From Vicugna vicugna (Eukaryota), in the NCBI GenBank assembly GCA_013265495.1, contig MU058213.1, forward strand, positions 1 to 64,000: a DNA stretch of 64,000 nucleotides. Reading direction: 5' to 3'. A program made the position numbers and the translations under genes. This document shows positions 49,771 to 61,596 of this stretch, one piece after another (the first letter of the stretch is position 1; every line of letters begins with the position of its first letter). The notes under the pieces are model-generated. The model ran no database searches, was not told the origin of the DNA, and worked only from the letters and a program-made list of their open reading frames with translations.

Positions 49771-50447
49771 CACTCCCAGTTGTCTAGTTTGGGCTTTGGT
49801 GCCCTGGAGCTGACCCCCAACTTTCCACAGTTGCTACTCAAGTCAAGATTCTCTACCATCTCATACTCCTTGGGATTCCTCTGCTGAAACCTGGACTCTT
49901 GCACCTCAGGCTTCACTGCTGGGTATGGGGTTCATCTCTGATCCCCTTTCCTTGTTCTGGGTGAGCTGTCCAGTAAAGCTCTCCAGCTACACCTCCTTAC
50001 CCTGTGCATGCTCCTGTGGCCCCTACAGAGACAGCATTCACTTAACCCCTGTCTTGCTCCTCTGCACTTACTCTCCTCTCACCCTCCATCCCCCTTCCTT
50101 CCTGGAAACAGAAGCCCTAATCTGAACCTGTGGCCCAACAGCCCATTCCCTATTAAACTCAGACTATTCTCAATGGTGACAGCCTCCTCTCTGCCCTCAT
50201 TCTGGTTTCTGCTTTGCCCCTCTGATGGGACGCTCCCACCTCCATTTCCTGAACCCCTGGTACTGACCAGTTGTTTAAATCAAGACAGGGGATTGCTGTG
50301 CCCTGTGTCCTCCCCTCCCAGCCAGCGCACCACTTAGCATATGGTCACAGCTAGTAAGAGGGCCCTGCCATCTCCCAGCCTTTCTTGGCAACCTTGAACA
50401 CAACAAAGGGATCTGCAATATGGTGGTAACCCCCACCCCCACCCCCT

Positions 50448-50449
50448 AC

Positions 50450-50483
<34 letters not shown>
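50448..50483. repeat. (CA)n microsatellite, one interruption
   Basis: ACACACAC... run with a single AAA interruption near 50468-50470. Confidence 0.97.
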
Positions 50484-51526
50484 TTGATTCCAGCTTTTTG
50501 CCCTGTCAACTAAGCGGGGAGGGGTTGTTCTGAAATGGGTTTATTGCTTTAGAATTGGGGTTTGGGGTTAGTTACATTCTTCATGGAAGGAGGGGTGGGG
50601 GGGTTCAGGTCTCTGATGAGATATGCTGAACTGTCTGGGGACAGTCCCACTTTCCATGGTGTTTTGCTCATTTCAGTGGAGGTAATTTACTTTGTGCATT
50701 ACTAAATATACAAATCCTTACATTTTAAAAGGTTTGTTACACTTTATACCTATTTCCAAAAACATTTTAAAAGAATTCCTTCTCAAATTGTGAATCTGGG
50801 GAAAGGGGACCCCCTAGATGAGTAGGTGACTGGGCCGCTGCTATCCTGGCCCAGTTCTGGGCATAGAGCCTCTCAGGAGACCCTACACCTGACTTTTGCC
50901 CCAGGTTTCATATGCCAAGGGTCCTGCTCTCATCAACAGGGACATGAACTTGGCTCTGTTTGTCATCATCCTTGGTTCCTGCCCAGTTGATGCTGCAAAC
51001 CACCCTGCCACCTTTTATTTGGGTGGGTGCTTTGGGGCCTTCTGCCATGCTCACATGGCAGGTTTACCTGCAAAGCGCTCAGCTGCCCACTGTGCCCCCT
51101 CTTTCCTCTACACTCCGCTCAGACACTCAGGATCCCTGGTCATCCTCTCCCCAGCCCTTGCCAGAAAGCTTTCCTGAGTCATTCATCTCTTCTTGTAAAT
51201 GGAGGGTAACCCTGGCACCTACTCTAGAGCTATTTGCACTTTAAGCCTTTTTCCAGTGAATCAAGGAATAAAACCTTGCCCCACTGAAAGAATTTAGCAT
51301 TAACCCTTGGGAGCTGGAGAAGTTTGGGAGAGGCTCTCTTCCAGTGCCCCAATATCCTATACACTGCTCCTGCTACCAGACCCAGCAAAGGCTGTGAAAT
51401 CAAGCATAAACAGCCCAAACATTCCTCCACCATGCCCCTAGCCCCACTACCTAACTTCAGGCCCACCGCTGAGTGAGTGGAAGGTGGACAGCAGGTGTGA
51501 AACTGAAGTTAAGTTACAGACCCACT

Positions 51527-51651
51527 TTTTGAAGGCCATCTTCCCTGGCAGGTCCGAGCCTGCATGAGCCCACATTCCCCTAACTCCTCAGAGTTTCTAT
51601 GTATTTCACATTCCTGCTCAGTTTCCCAGGAACCGCCTGGGAATGAGGCAA
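51527..51651 (+). repeat. Dispersed direct repeat, copy 1 (pairs with 52940-53048)
   Basis: Shares TTTTGAA..TCTTCCCTGGC, CTCCTCAGAGTTTCT and GTTTCCCAGGAACC.CCTG.GAATGAGGCAA with copy 2. Confidence 0.9.
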
Positions 51652-52939
51652 TGTGTTTCTCTTTGCACAATGCCTGGCACATAGTAAGCACTCAGTAAAT
51701 ATTAGCTATTAGTAATAAGAATAATAAATCCAGGATGGGATCTATGGGATGGTTGCATTGAGGCTGCTAGGAGTATTCGTGGACTGCAGTGGTGGTGGGC
51801 AGCTAAATTCTTAGCATATAGTGGACTATTCATTTAGTGTTTCTGATCCAGAGGGAGTTTCAATTCTTTAAAGCGGAAAAAGAATGTGTTTTGGTTAAAT
51901 GACAAGGATAAGAGTCCCTTATTATACCTAAATCTCCAGGAGAGTTGAAAAAAAGATTTTCCATGGACTGGCTGAACATCCTGCTCAATACCTAAGATGG
52001 AGGTTTATGACAAAACTAGTCTTCTGTCTCAGCTGTGAGGATTCCGACTGGTCAAGTGACTTTCATAGGACCCACCTACTTTCTATGGAAGGAGGCAGGT
52101 CTAGTAAGATGTATGAAAAGTGTAAAACCAATTAACCAAGCAAGATTCTTGTCTAAAGCCAGGGAACAGAAAGATAAACTGCTGAGGTTCTGTCTCCAGA
52201 GTCCAGAATTAATCTTGCTGCCTTAAGCCCAGGTTCACAGCATTATTTTCTTCCCTTCTCATCTGCTGTCATGTTGCTCTGCCCATAGAGGTTGGAATTT
52301 TGCCTCCATTTCCTGAGACTCTCTGGATTTTCCTCTGATCCTCTTGCACTGCCTTGACTTCTAACCTGGACCACAGGTTTGCTCCCTTGCGCAGGACTTG
52401 CCATGCCCCTGCCCTGAGGGCAAGAGCACAGAACCTAGGTGCAGGTGAAGCCCCCACTTCACTTTGAGCATTGCAAAGACCCAAAAGCATTGCCGCCAAG
52501 CTCTAGGTTCGATAACATTGGGTAGAACACTGGCTACCCTCCCCACCAGATGACAGATTCTGTGTCACTTTGGTCCCATCATGCCTTATGACTGAGCCAG
52601 CCTAAGTTCGACAGAAAACTAGGTTAGAAGCAGATTATTTAAGACCTTAAAAGTGAAGGTATGGAATAGGGGTGGAGGCACTGCAGGTGCTTAAGCAGGG
52701 AATCCATATGATCAGAACTGTGCTTCAGGCAGTGGTGGTGGGCAATGTGGATTGCATAGGCAGAACCTGAAGGCAGAGAGACTGGTTACATGGACCCAGA
52801 TAACTTGTGTGCAGTGAAAGGCTGGAAAGGAGGGGACCAATGTGAGAGATGATTCAAAAGAACTGACATGGATTTGGAAAGTGTAGAGGAAGGAAAAGTA
52901 CATTATTACATTAAACAACCAGACAATTGCAAAACCGTC

Positions 52940-53048
52940 TTTTGAATGCTGTCTTCCCTGGCTGGCCCACAATCTCCTGGCTCCTCAGAGTTTCTGTTTT
53001 CTTGAGATTCCCACTCGGTTTCCCAGGAACCACCTGAGAATGAGGCAA
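52940..53048 (+). repeat. Dispersed direct repeat, copy 2 (pairs with 51527-51651)
   Basis: Manual alignment gives about 90 of 109 positions identical, with a 16-nt gap relative to copy 1. Confidence 0.9.
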
Positions 53049-56000
53049 GGCCACGTTAGAGGGGAAATGTTCATGCTAGTAAGAAATGGGCAAAGGGACC
53101 AACATTTAGCAAGTGCTTATTGTGAACGAGCATTGGTGGCATTCATGGAACACGAGAAAAAAGGACCTTGCCTCAAAGAGCACAGGCCAGAATTCCAGCC
53201 TAGGGGCGTGACCCCAAAGTCCTTGCCCTTTTTGCACTGCAGTTTTTCTAGAGAAGTAAGAAACAGCAACAAATCAGAGGAGGAAGATAACAACTTTGAA
53301 TATGTCCAGGCTCTGGAAGGACAGACGGCAGTTCAGTCAGCAGTTAGAAATGTTGGCATGGAAATCTGAAAATAGATCAAGACCAGAAGAAACCAATCTG
53401 AACATCAGTCACGTGGACATTCTAATGGAAACACCAGGATACATCAAATCTTCGACAAAGAAATGGAGATGGGGAAAGAAAGCTCAGACTAGAACCCTGA
53501 GGGACACCCTCAGCTTACGAACTAAATGAAGAAGCAGAAAAGAAGCCATGAGAGTAGAATGAAAACCAGGAGAGGGTCATTCAACTGGAGTCCAAGGAAG
53601 GCAGTGTGAAAACAGGAAAGAGAAGCCATCAGCTTAGAACACTTTATACTGACAAATAGATTGGGGGAGAAAAACCCACAAGAAAAGGCCAGCAGCTTTA
53701 GCAGTTAGGAACACACTAGTGCTCTCCCATCAGTCAGACTCAGTCAGATGGCGGGTAGGGGAGCTTAACAGCAGCAAATGTGGACTCTTCTTTCAAGAAA
53801 TTTGGCAGTAAAAGAGGAAAGAACTGGAAAAGGTTGGGTAGGGGTGGAAGATCCTTCTTCGGACCAGGATTGCACAGACTTAATCACTCAATTTGTATTC
53901 CCTGTGATGCTCAAAGAGAGAAATGATCCTCAACCAGATTATTTATTGGTCCCAGACAGACCATACTGTAGTAGCAACAGTTTTATAATACCTCCCTTTC
54001 AACCCCAACTCCCTGGTGGGACTGATTTTGCAACCGTCACTGTCTGTAAAGGAATAAGTCTGTAATATGCTGCTAGATTCTTGGCGATCACCTCACCCAG
54101 CCTTTCGCTGCACACAGCAGCAGGAATGGATCAAATTGGCAGGGGGCCTTGTAGATCCAAAAATCTATAGAAAGTTTTGAGCATTTTCAAAACTGGCCAA
54201 TCATATCCAACTTCTGCAGATTTAGTCAGTTCCTTGACATTCCCCCTTTCTTCAGCCTTTGAATTGGGAAAGGGGCTGTCCAGAGGAACAGTGTTAAAAG
54301 CCAAGGGGGAAAGGCCCTTTCAGTTAGGGCCGCAGGTGCAGGGGCTGCATGAGCATGAAATCCAGCTCCTGCTTCCTTGCCGAGTTTTGTGTCCACCCAG
54401 AGGGACACCTTTTTCTAAACTGCACAAAGGAGTGTAGGCTAGTGGGGGCTTGCCTATGCACTTAGGTTGGGAGGAGGTCTGGGGTCCTTCTGCATGAGTG
54501 GAGAGCAACTCTCTCCTCAAGAGAAGGAATTCCTTCCTGATGAGGGCCCTCTAGCCTAGTCCCCAGTGACCAGACTGTGACTCTCTGCCCAGCCTAGAGA
54601 GAGGCTGAGATTGCTGGGGCAGAGTGCTCCATGGGCCACGGTGGGCTTGGGGAGAAAGGTGGGCTTCTGGGGGAGCACCTGATAAAATAGAGGAAAGGGC
54701 CAAGATGATCTGCTGAGTTGTGGGAACAAGCCTGTTTTCAGTGCCTGCTTCAAAATAGTGTCAATGCAGAATTGGTGCAAGTTATTTTCAACACAAAATT
54801 AGCAAGCCTGAGCTGTCACCTCCTCTTTCAATGAGCCAGCTGAGGCCAGACTGTAAGAGGTTAAATCATGTGGAAACCCTTATTTTTAAAATGGAGCTAC
54901 ATTTAGTCAAGAACCACTTATGTAGGATATGTCTTCTGCCATTTACCAGAGAAAATGTGCTTTAATTCCTTGATGCCGAAGAATGTCTGATACATTGTAT
55001 AATGAAACTAGAATAATTGAGCTACTTGTTCATTACAAAGCTCTCCAGCTGAATACCCTAAATTCTTCAGTGGCTGAGTGGGCTTGCAGTGAATTAACAA
55101 CGTTCTTTTAAAAAAATTATTTTGAGGTAGGACACAATATTTACAAAAGAATTTTTTGTGAAGCACTACTAAACGCTTTTTACTCCAGGAAGGATTGCAT
55201 ATTTTTCTTTGTTGATAATGCCAGGGTGATTCAGAAGGACAAGTGAAACGTTAGCCAAAGTGTTACACAGAAGTCCAGACGAGCTTCACTCTGGCCACCT
55301 TTCTCTCTGTTCTCTCAGATCCCTCAGGGATCTCCCTTGACATTTCCCTGACCTACTGCCCCTCTCTCATGGAGTTCCTGCCAATTGCCTTGCCTCCAGG
55401 TAACTGAAACACCAATTTCCCTTCGTGAGCTGGGGAGCCCCGTAAAGGCAGAGGCCATGTTGCATTAGCATCCCTGCTGTCAAAAGCAGGAAGCAGAGTA
55501 CATCATGCCTAGGAGGCTCTCAGGAAGGCACTCATGTTGGGTGTAGAGACCTGGGGTTAGGTGAGAATCTGTAAAATAAGAACAGATAAACCAAGTCCAA
55601 ACTCAGAAAGACTGATGCTCCCTCCTTCCCAAGGGACATGACCAGTGTAGTCTCCACATCTTCTCATTTCTTGGGAAGATTACATGGATTGCCAGCCAGC
55701 TGAGTCAGGGCTGTCTTGTCCCATTCAGGCTGGCTTTGGGAAAGCTGGCCGTACCGTCAATCACAAAGTTCTGGCAGCAGAGAAGTTTGGGGAGTGGAGA
55801 GAAGAGTGAGAAAAGAGAGAAGGGACACAGTGAAAACAAGGCAGGCAGAAGCACGTTTCCAGGAGCAGGGGAGTGTTTTAAAGATCACAGACCAGTTGGG
55901 TTTGAGGACAACTAAGGAAAGGCCCCCGGGTTTCAGGAAATTGCTTCTTGATTTTTCAATTATTTCCAAAGAGGCAAGGCAGGAGCTGGCTGGCAGGGAG

Positions 56001-58429
56001 GAAAGAGGGGCTGGGCTGGGGGTAAGGGTGGAGGTGGGGCAAGACAAAGACCACACATTTCCAGAGCAGCTAGCGGGGTGGATTAAAGCTGGGGGCATCT
56101 ATGTCGGATAGGCTGGGGAGGGAGTGGATGCTGGGGTTTTGTTTTAGTGGCAACCCTCTGGGCAGCAGCTATGACAAAAGAAGCCTCGAGAGAAAGAATC
56201 CGAGTAGCAGAGGGAAAGTACATTCTTCCTCCGAGGGAGGAAATAGAAAAGAACGGCTGTAGATTTGATATTCTTCCGTGAATCTCCCTGTCCCAAGTTA
56301 AGATGGCATCCCGGGGTGACGGGATGGAGACCTCAGTCACTTCTTTGTAGTATGGGCTGGTCAGTGGAAACAGCAAATGAGCAGTGATGTGGAGCCACTG
56401 ACCATCAAAGGACACTGTCACCTCTCAGCTGGTGATCCCCAGGGTCATTCCATGGACTGGTGTCCTTCTCTGGTAAACTTCTCACTGCAGTACGGACAAT
56501 GAGGTTGTTTTCTCATAGAGCTAAATTCAATGTAAAGGACTTTCCTTTATGCTGAGATTATAATCTTCTTCACTTTTTTTGTTACTAAAATGTTCTTTGC
56601 TGAATGTGAAACAATGGTAGTAGATCAGAGTTTGGGTTTTCCCCTCAGTGTCTTCATACAGCCAAAGAAAAAAATACTGTTCCTTGTGGGTACCCCCTCT
56701 GCCACCACCACCCTTTATTTTTCATACTTCTGTTTGTAAAATAAATTCTTAGGAATAATTGTTCTCAAACTTATGTTTATATACCTCTAAAATACAGTAC
56801 AGTTATTTTACATGAAGTATTTCAGAGCACGCGAGGAAATGTTTTGGGCTTGGTCTCTCTGGCCAGGATTTACCACCGCATGCCCATGCACCAGTTGCAC
56901 TGTGAATTGTTTCCTGCAGGGCCCACCTTGGAGATGAGCAGGAAGTCCAGTCTTTTCAATTCAACTACTTCCAAAAGGATCGAGCGATAGCTCTTGTGCA
57001 CACCCACTGCAGAGACACCCTTGAACAGGTATGTAGTAGGGACAGGGCTCATGCAGCCCTGGGACCCCAGAACTTTAGACCTGGAGGGAACTTTAGAGTT
57101 TGTCTTGTCATCTAGTCTGGATTATTCTGCCTGAGACCCTTTTTAAGGGAGCACATTTGCCCACGGTCACACAACTCACTAGCGACAGAGCCAAGACAAG
57201 AGAGACCCAGTCTCCAGACCCCCAGCCAGCCCTCTACCATCTCCGCCTGTTCCTAGCTCAGAATTATGGCAACCCCCTTTCCCAACAGGCGAGACTCAAG
57301 CCAAACAACATCAGCCTCGGCCCAACATGTGAGGCCTGTCAGGTGGTACGTGGAGTAGAGCGCCGTTTTCTCCTTTGTGACAATGGCTGTTTGCCCCAAA
57401 TGCATTATGCCTTCCTAATTGTGTGACTCAGAGCTGCTGCTGCTGCTGCAGCCCCCACCCCCTCCCAGAGGGGCTTCTCTCCTAACGGCCCAGGGTTCAG
57501 TCTGTAGTCCACCTCAGCCTCCATGATTTCAACAAGGCTTTCCTGCAAACGCCCCCATTGCCCTGCTCCCTCCCCGACTTTCCTACCCAGTGCCCACCCC
57601 CATGAGTGGCATCTTGCCTCTCATGAACCAAACTGGCTGAGAGTTCTAATTCTACTGATTGGCATAAAAATTCTCATAGTAGGCTGAAAGATCAGGAATT
57701 GCAAACAAGAACACCTCCAGGGCTGGCAGAGACCCAGCCGAGTCACCTCCTACTGTGGCTGTAAGGGCCAATGTGGACACGGTGCCACAGGAACATTAGA
57801 ACGGAGGAGGATTTAGGCCACTCTGAGCAATGGGGGAGGACCCAGGAAAGCTTCACAGAGAAGATATTTGAGCCGGGCCTTGAAGAATGAGTTAGAGGCA
57901 GAGAGAGGACCTTCCAAATCCAGCTCCCTGCCCCTCGTCATAGACCCGACCCTGGAGAGCAAAGCAGCAGCTACAGAGGAGACTAGGGTTAAGAGCCAGG
58001 GAGGACCTGCCAGCTGGAGCACAGCTACTGTTCGGGGTCATGTAGAGCCCAATGGTCCTTCCTTGCTGATTTGGGCTCTGCCCCAGCTGATATAATAAGG
58101 TCATCTGTCCGCTAACTGTAAGCTGAGACTTTATGCTTAAATGCCATTCAAGTTACTTCATATTTTGGCTTATTTAGTTCACTTTTTTAGATTTTGTAGA
58201 ATAAAGTTTTATTGAGCCCATGCCATGAAAAATTAAGTGTAATCAGTTAATATTTTAGCTGTCACAATGGCAAGTTTGACAAGTTAGACTGACATCTCAC
58301 TACCATTTTTTCCCTTGAGTAATGATGTAACCACTTCATGGTGCATGGTAATATGGTTAAGTTTAGCTGGAGATACATTGTGAGCATGTGTATCATGGAA
58401 ATTAACATAAAGGAACCCAGAAACAGATT

Positions 58430-58620
58430 CTTTGTGGAAAGAGCATTCGTGTAGGAATCAGGAAGACTTGGCTTCTCGCCCCAGCTCAGCTCCTGGTACT
58501 AAGTATCTCATCTCTAACTTCCACCCACTTTACTTTCTTATCTGCAGGAGGGAAGCAGTTACCTAGGGTGGGGAAAGATGGAATAGATGGTTTCTAAGGA
58601 CTCTTCCAGCTCTGTCATTT
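58430..58620 (+). mobile_element. MIR (MIR3-like) SINE
   Basis: GTGGAAAGAGCATTCGTGTAGGAATCAGGAAGACTTGG..TAGATGGTTTCTAAGGACTCTTCCAGCTCTG. Confidence 0.75.
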
Positions 58621-61545
58621 CTATGACAAAACTCAAGGGAGTCCTTTATCAAACACTGATTCAGAATGTTCCCTTCCATGCCTATCAATCTTGTGTAATA
58701 TTTGCTCCTGAAACCCCGAATCCTTGCTTTCTCAGGAACTCTTAGCATTAGTAGTTGGCTGACTCAAAAATTGCTCAACTGCGAATGCTCATTGTCCCAC
58801 TTTAGCTGTTGCTGAGAAAGAGCCAGTGGGGCTGGGGGAAGTGAGCAGAGAAGCTGGATCTGGGGCAGAGAATCACCCCTGGGATAATGGATCACTGCTT
58901 TTCTTCAAAGTAGACAACGAGGCCTGAGCTGACTGCAGATGTGAGCTTGCTCACACGGTTAGCAGGAGCTGGGAAGGGAGGTGGTGGGAGCCAGGCCCCC
59001 ACCTGCCAGCTCTGGGCAGGTTTCTTGGAACCAACATGGGCATTTCTGGCTCCCTCAATCTATCCTTCTCAGAAAGCTCCACACATAGGTGAGCGGCCTT
59101 CTACCAAAACAGAGAATCCCTCCTCCCATGCCCTCCATGGACTCCTTTCAATTATGGGTGTTATCTTCTGTCTGGTGGTGCCTGGGCTTCTTGCCATCGC
59201 CAGAGCTTCCTTTTGATCCCTGGTTTACACGGCTTTCTGTTGAGCAAATAAACACACACTCATCCCCACCCTCAACAAAACAAAGTCGATTCGTTCACAG
59301 GAACTGCTGCCCAGCTAACAGATGTTCTGGCCACCTGGCCCTGCAGCCAGACATGCTGCTGACCCCAAAATTGAAAGGCTCTGTCACCCATTCTCATCCC
59401 CCAGTCGGCCAGTTGCTATCCAGGATTATACAAGAATTTTGATGTTTGTCTTTCCTCCCCTACTCCCGCCTCCACAGCTCTTAGTGGCTCTTAGGACAGA
59501 GCTGTTCCCAATGTGGCCTTTGATCAGGTCAGCTGGAGCCTGGAAAAGATGGGCCATGTGGTCAGGGTTGCCTTGCCACAGCTACTCACATCCTCCATCT
59601 GCAGACCTGACTGTGCCTTTGGAAGGGCAAGGCCATGAGGAGCCCTTTGGGGCACCTCCCCACCCAGAGAGAGAGCAGTGAGAAGCCCCTCTGTAGGAGT
59701 GTAATGGCCAACAAGTGCTGCCTTTCTGGCTTGTCCTGACTTTGGGGCTCGGCAGTCTTCCTTTCACTTGTAGTTTATGGCCTCTCGGGAGAGACAAGAC
59801 CTTCACTAACATACTCCTCAGCTTTTAGAGTTTAGGGGAGTGCCCAACCAAATGATCCGGGAGCCCAGAGGAGGGAACGTTGACTTCCAACAGGACACTC
59901 ATGTAAAGTTCTATGGAGGTGGTGACTTTTGAACTGAGCCAGGGGAGAGGGGATTTCACTGGACAGAGAAATGGAGCTGGGAGGGCCGTCATTTCTGCAG
60001 CTGTCTCTGTGTGAAGGCAGGAGAACGCAGAGCCAATCTGAGCAGCAGGGAGAGTGGAGAGGCAGCCAATGGGGCAGGACAGACCATACTGCCACAAATG
60101 TGCTCCTCCAGTTGGTCAGCCAGCCCCCTGGGAGCCCTAAGGCACCAGGAGTCCTGAACCCAGTTTAAGTAATACTCTTTAGACCCTTTTCTTCACAGAA
60201 ATTCAGAGAGAGGATTTTGAGGGGGAAGTGACCCCTCAAGAGTCTTTAAAAGGCAACACCATGATCTCAGCTCAACTTACTCCTTGTCTAAGGCTTCTCT
60301 GGAATCGTTCCAACAAATGTTTGGGATCTTCCAGCATTTTTCTACATAAGTTACTGAGTGCTCGATGTCTACCCCAAGCTGCAGCTAACAAGAAGGATTG
60401 CAAGGAGCCTATTAATTTGTCAATTAGAGGTAAAACTCTCTAGAAATCACTTTGGTGCTTTTCAAAGTCATCTCCAGGGGGCAACAGAAAGAGGTTTGAG
60501 TCACTTGTGACAGCATTGAGTGAAACTGACCCCTTGCTCCCCTGCCAATAGTCAAGGCAGAGAGTTTGAGGAATAAGACCGTAAAGGGCCTGCTCTCACC
60601 ATACCTGCCAGGCCTGGAGCTCTAGAACTTCCTGTGCCAGAGGTCTGCGGAGTCCGAGCAGGACCACCACCAGCTCCTCCTCTAGCCCTAGCCCTACACT
60701 GGGAACCAGCTCCTGCTGCTTTTCACCCCTACAAGGAACAGCCTTTCCTCCAAAGTATACCCCTCTTCTGCACCTTTTTAGTGTATCAAATGATCAGTTA
60801 GTGCAATAAAAATATAATAAGAAGGACATTCTCTTTAAGAAGACCATCACCCCGAGAAACAGAAAACAATAGTAGGGAACAAACTGAATAGGACACCAAT
60901 AGGATTAAAGGCCAACAAAGTGTGATCAAAGAAACAGCAAGAGGGGGAAGAGGCAAAGAGAAGTGAACAGAAAGCTAAGAAAAGAAATCACCTCCCCAAG
61001 GAAGATAACACAGTCGGACCAGGGGGAGGTAGGGGTGGGTGTCAGAAAAGAAATGAGATCCAAAAGGAGCTGTCACATTAAGGGTTAAAGAGGGACTTTG
61101 CTTGGGTTTGGAACAGGCATTGGAAAACTATACTTTGGAGGCAACCTCCAAGGCAGACAGACACTGGAAAGACTGAGATTGAGTTCAGAGGCTGAAAGAA
61201 TACTGATGTGGGGAAATCCCCAAAGGTAGTTTCTCACCCTGCGCTTGGCCACATTGCCCCTTGTGGTTTGCCTGTCTCTGCAGTATTCTATGGTAATTCT
61301 TGCCCCGTAAGGGCAGACATTGAGCATACACCTGCGAGGGCACAAAGCTTCTTTTCCAAATTAGATCAGTTTAGCCTTTCTGGTCTTGAGTAGACCAGAG
61401 GCAGAATTCACCTTGGCCAAAGCTCCTCTCGCTGAGCTTAGGGATATAAAAGGTCAAGCAGAGAATGAATGTCCCTTTCCCACTCTGAGGATTCTCAGGG
61501 TCAGGGCCAGAGGCCTGCCTGCTGACCTACTCTGCTGACTGACCA

Positions 61546-61596
61546 TGCCTGCTTGCCTGCCTGCCTTCCTTCCTTCCTTCCTTCCTTTCTTCCTTC
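61546..61596. repeat. Compound (CCTG)n/(CCTT)n simple repeat
   Basis: TGCCTGCTTGCCTGCCTGCCTTCCTTCCTTCCTTCCTTCCTTTCTTCCTT. Confidence 0.9.
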
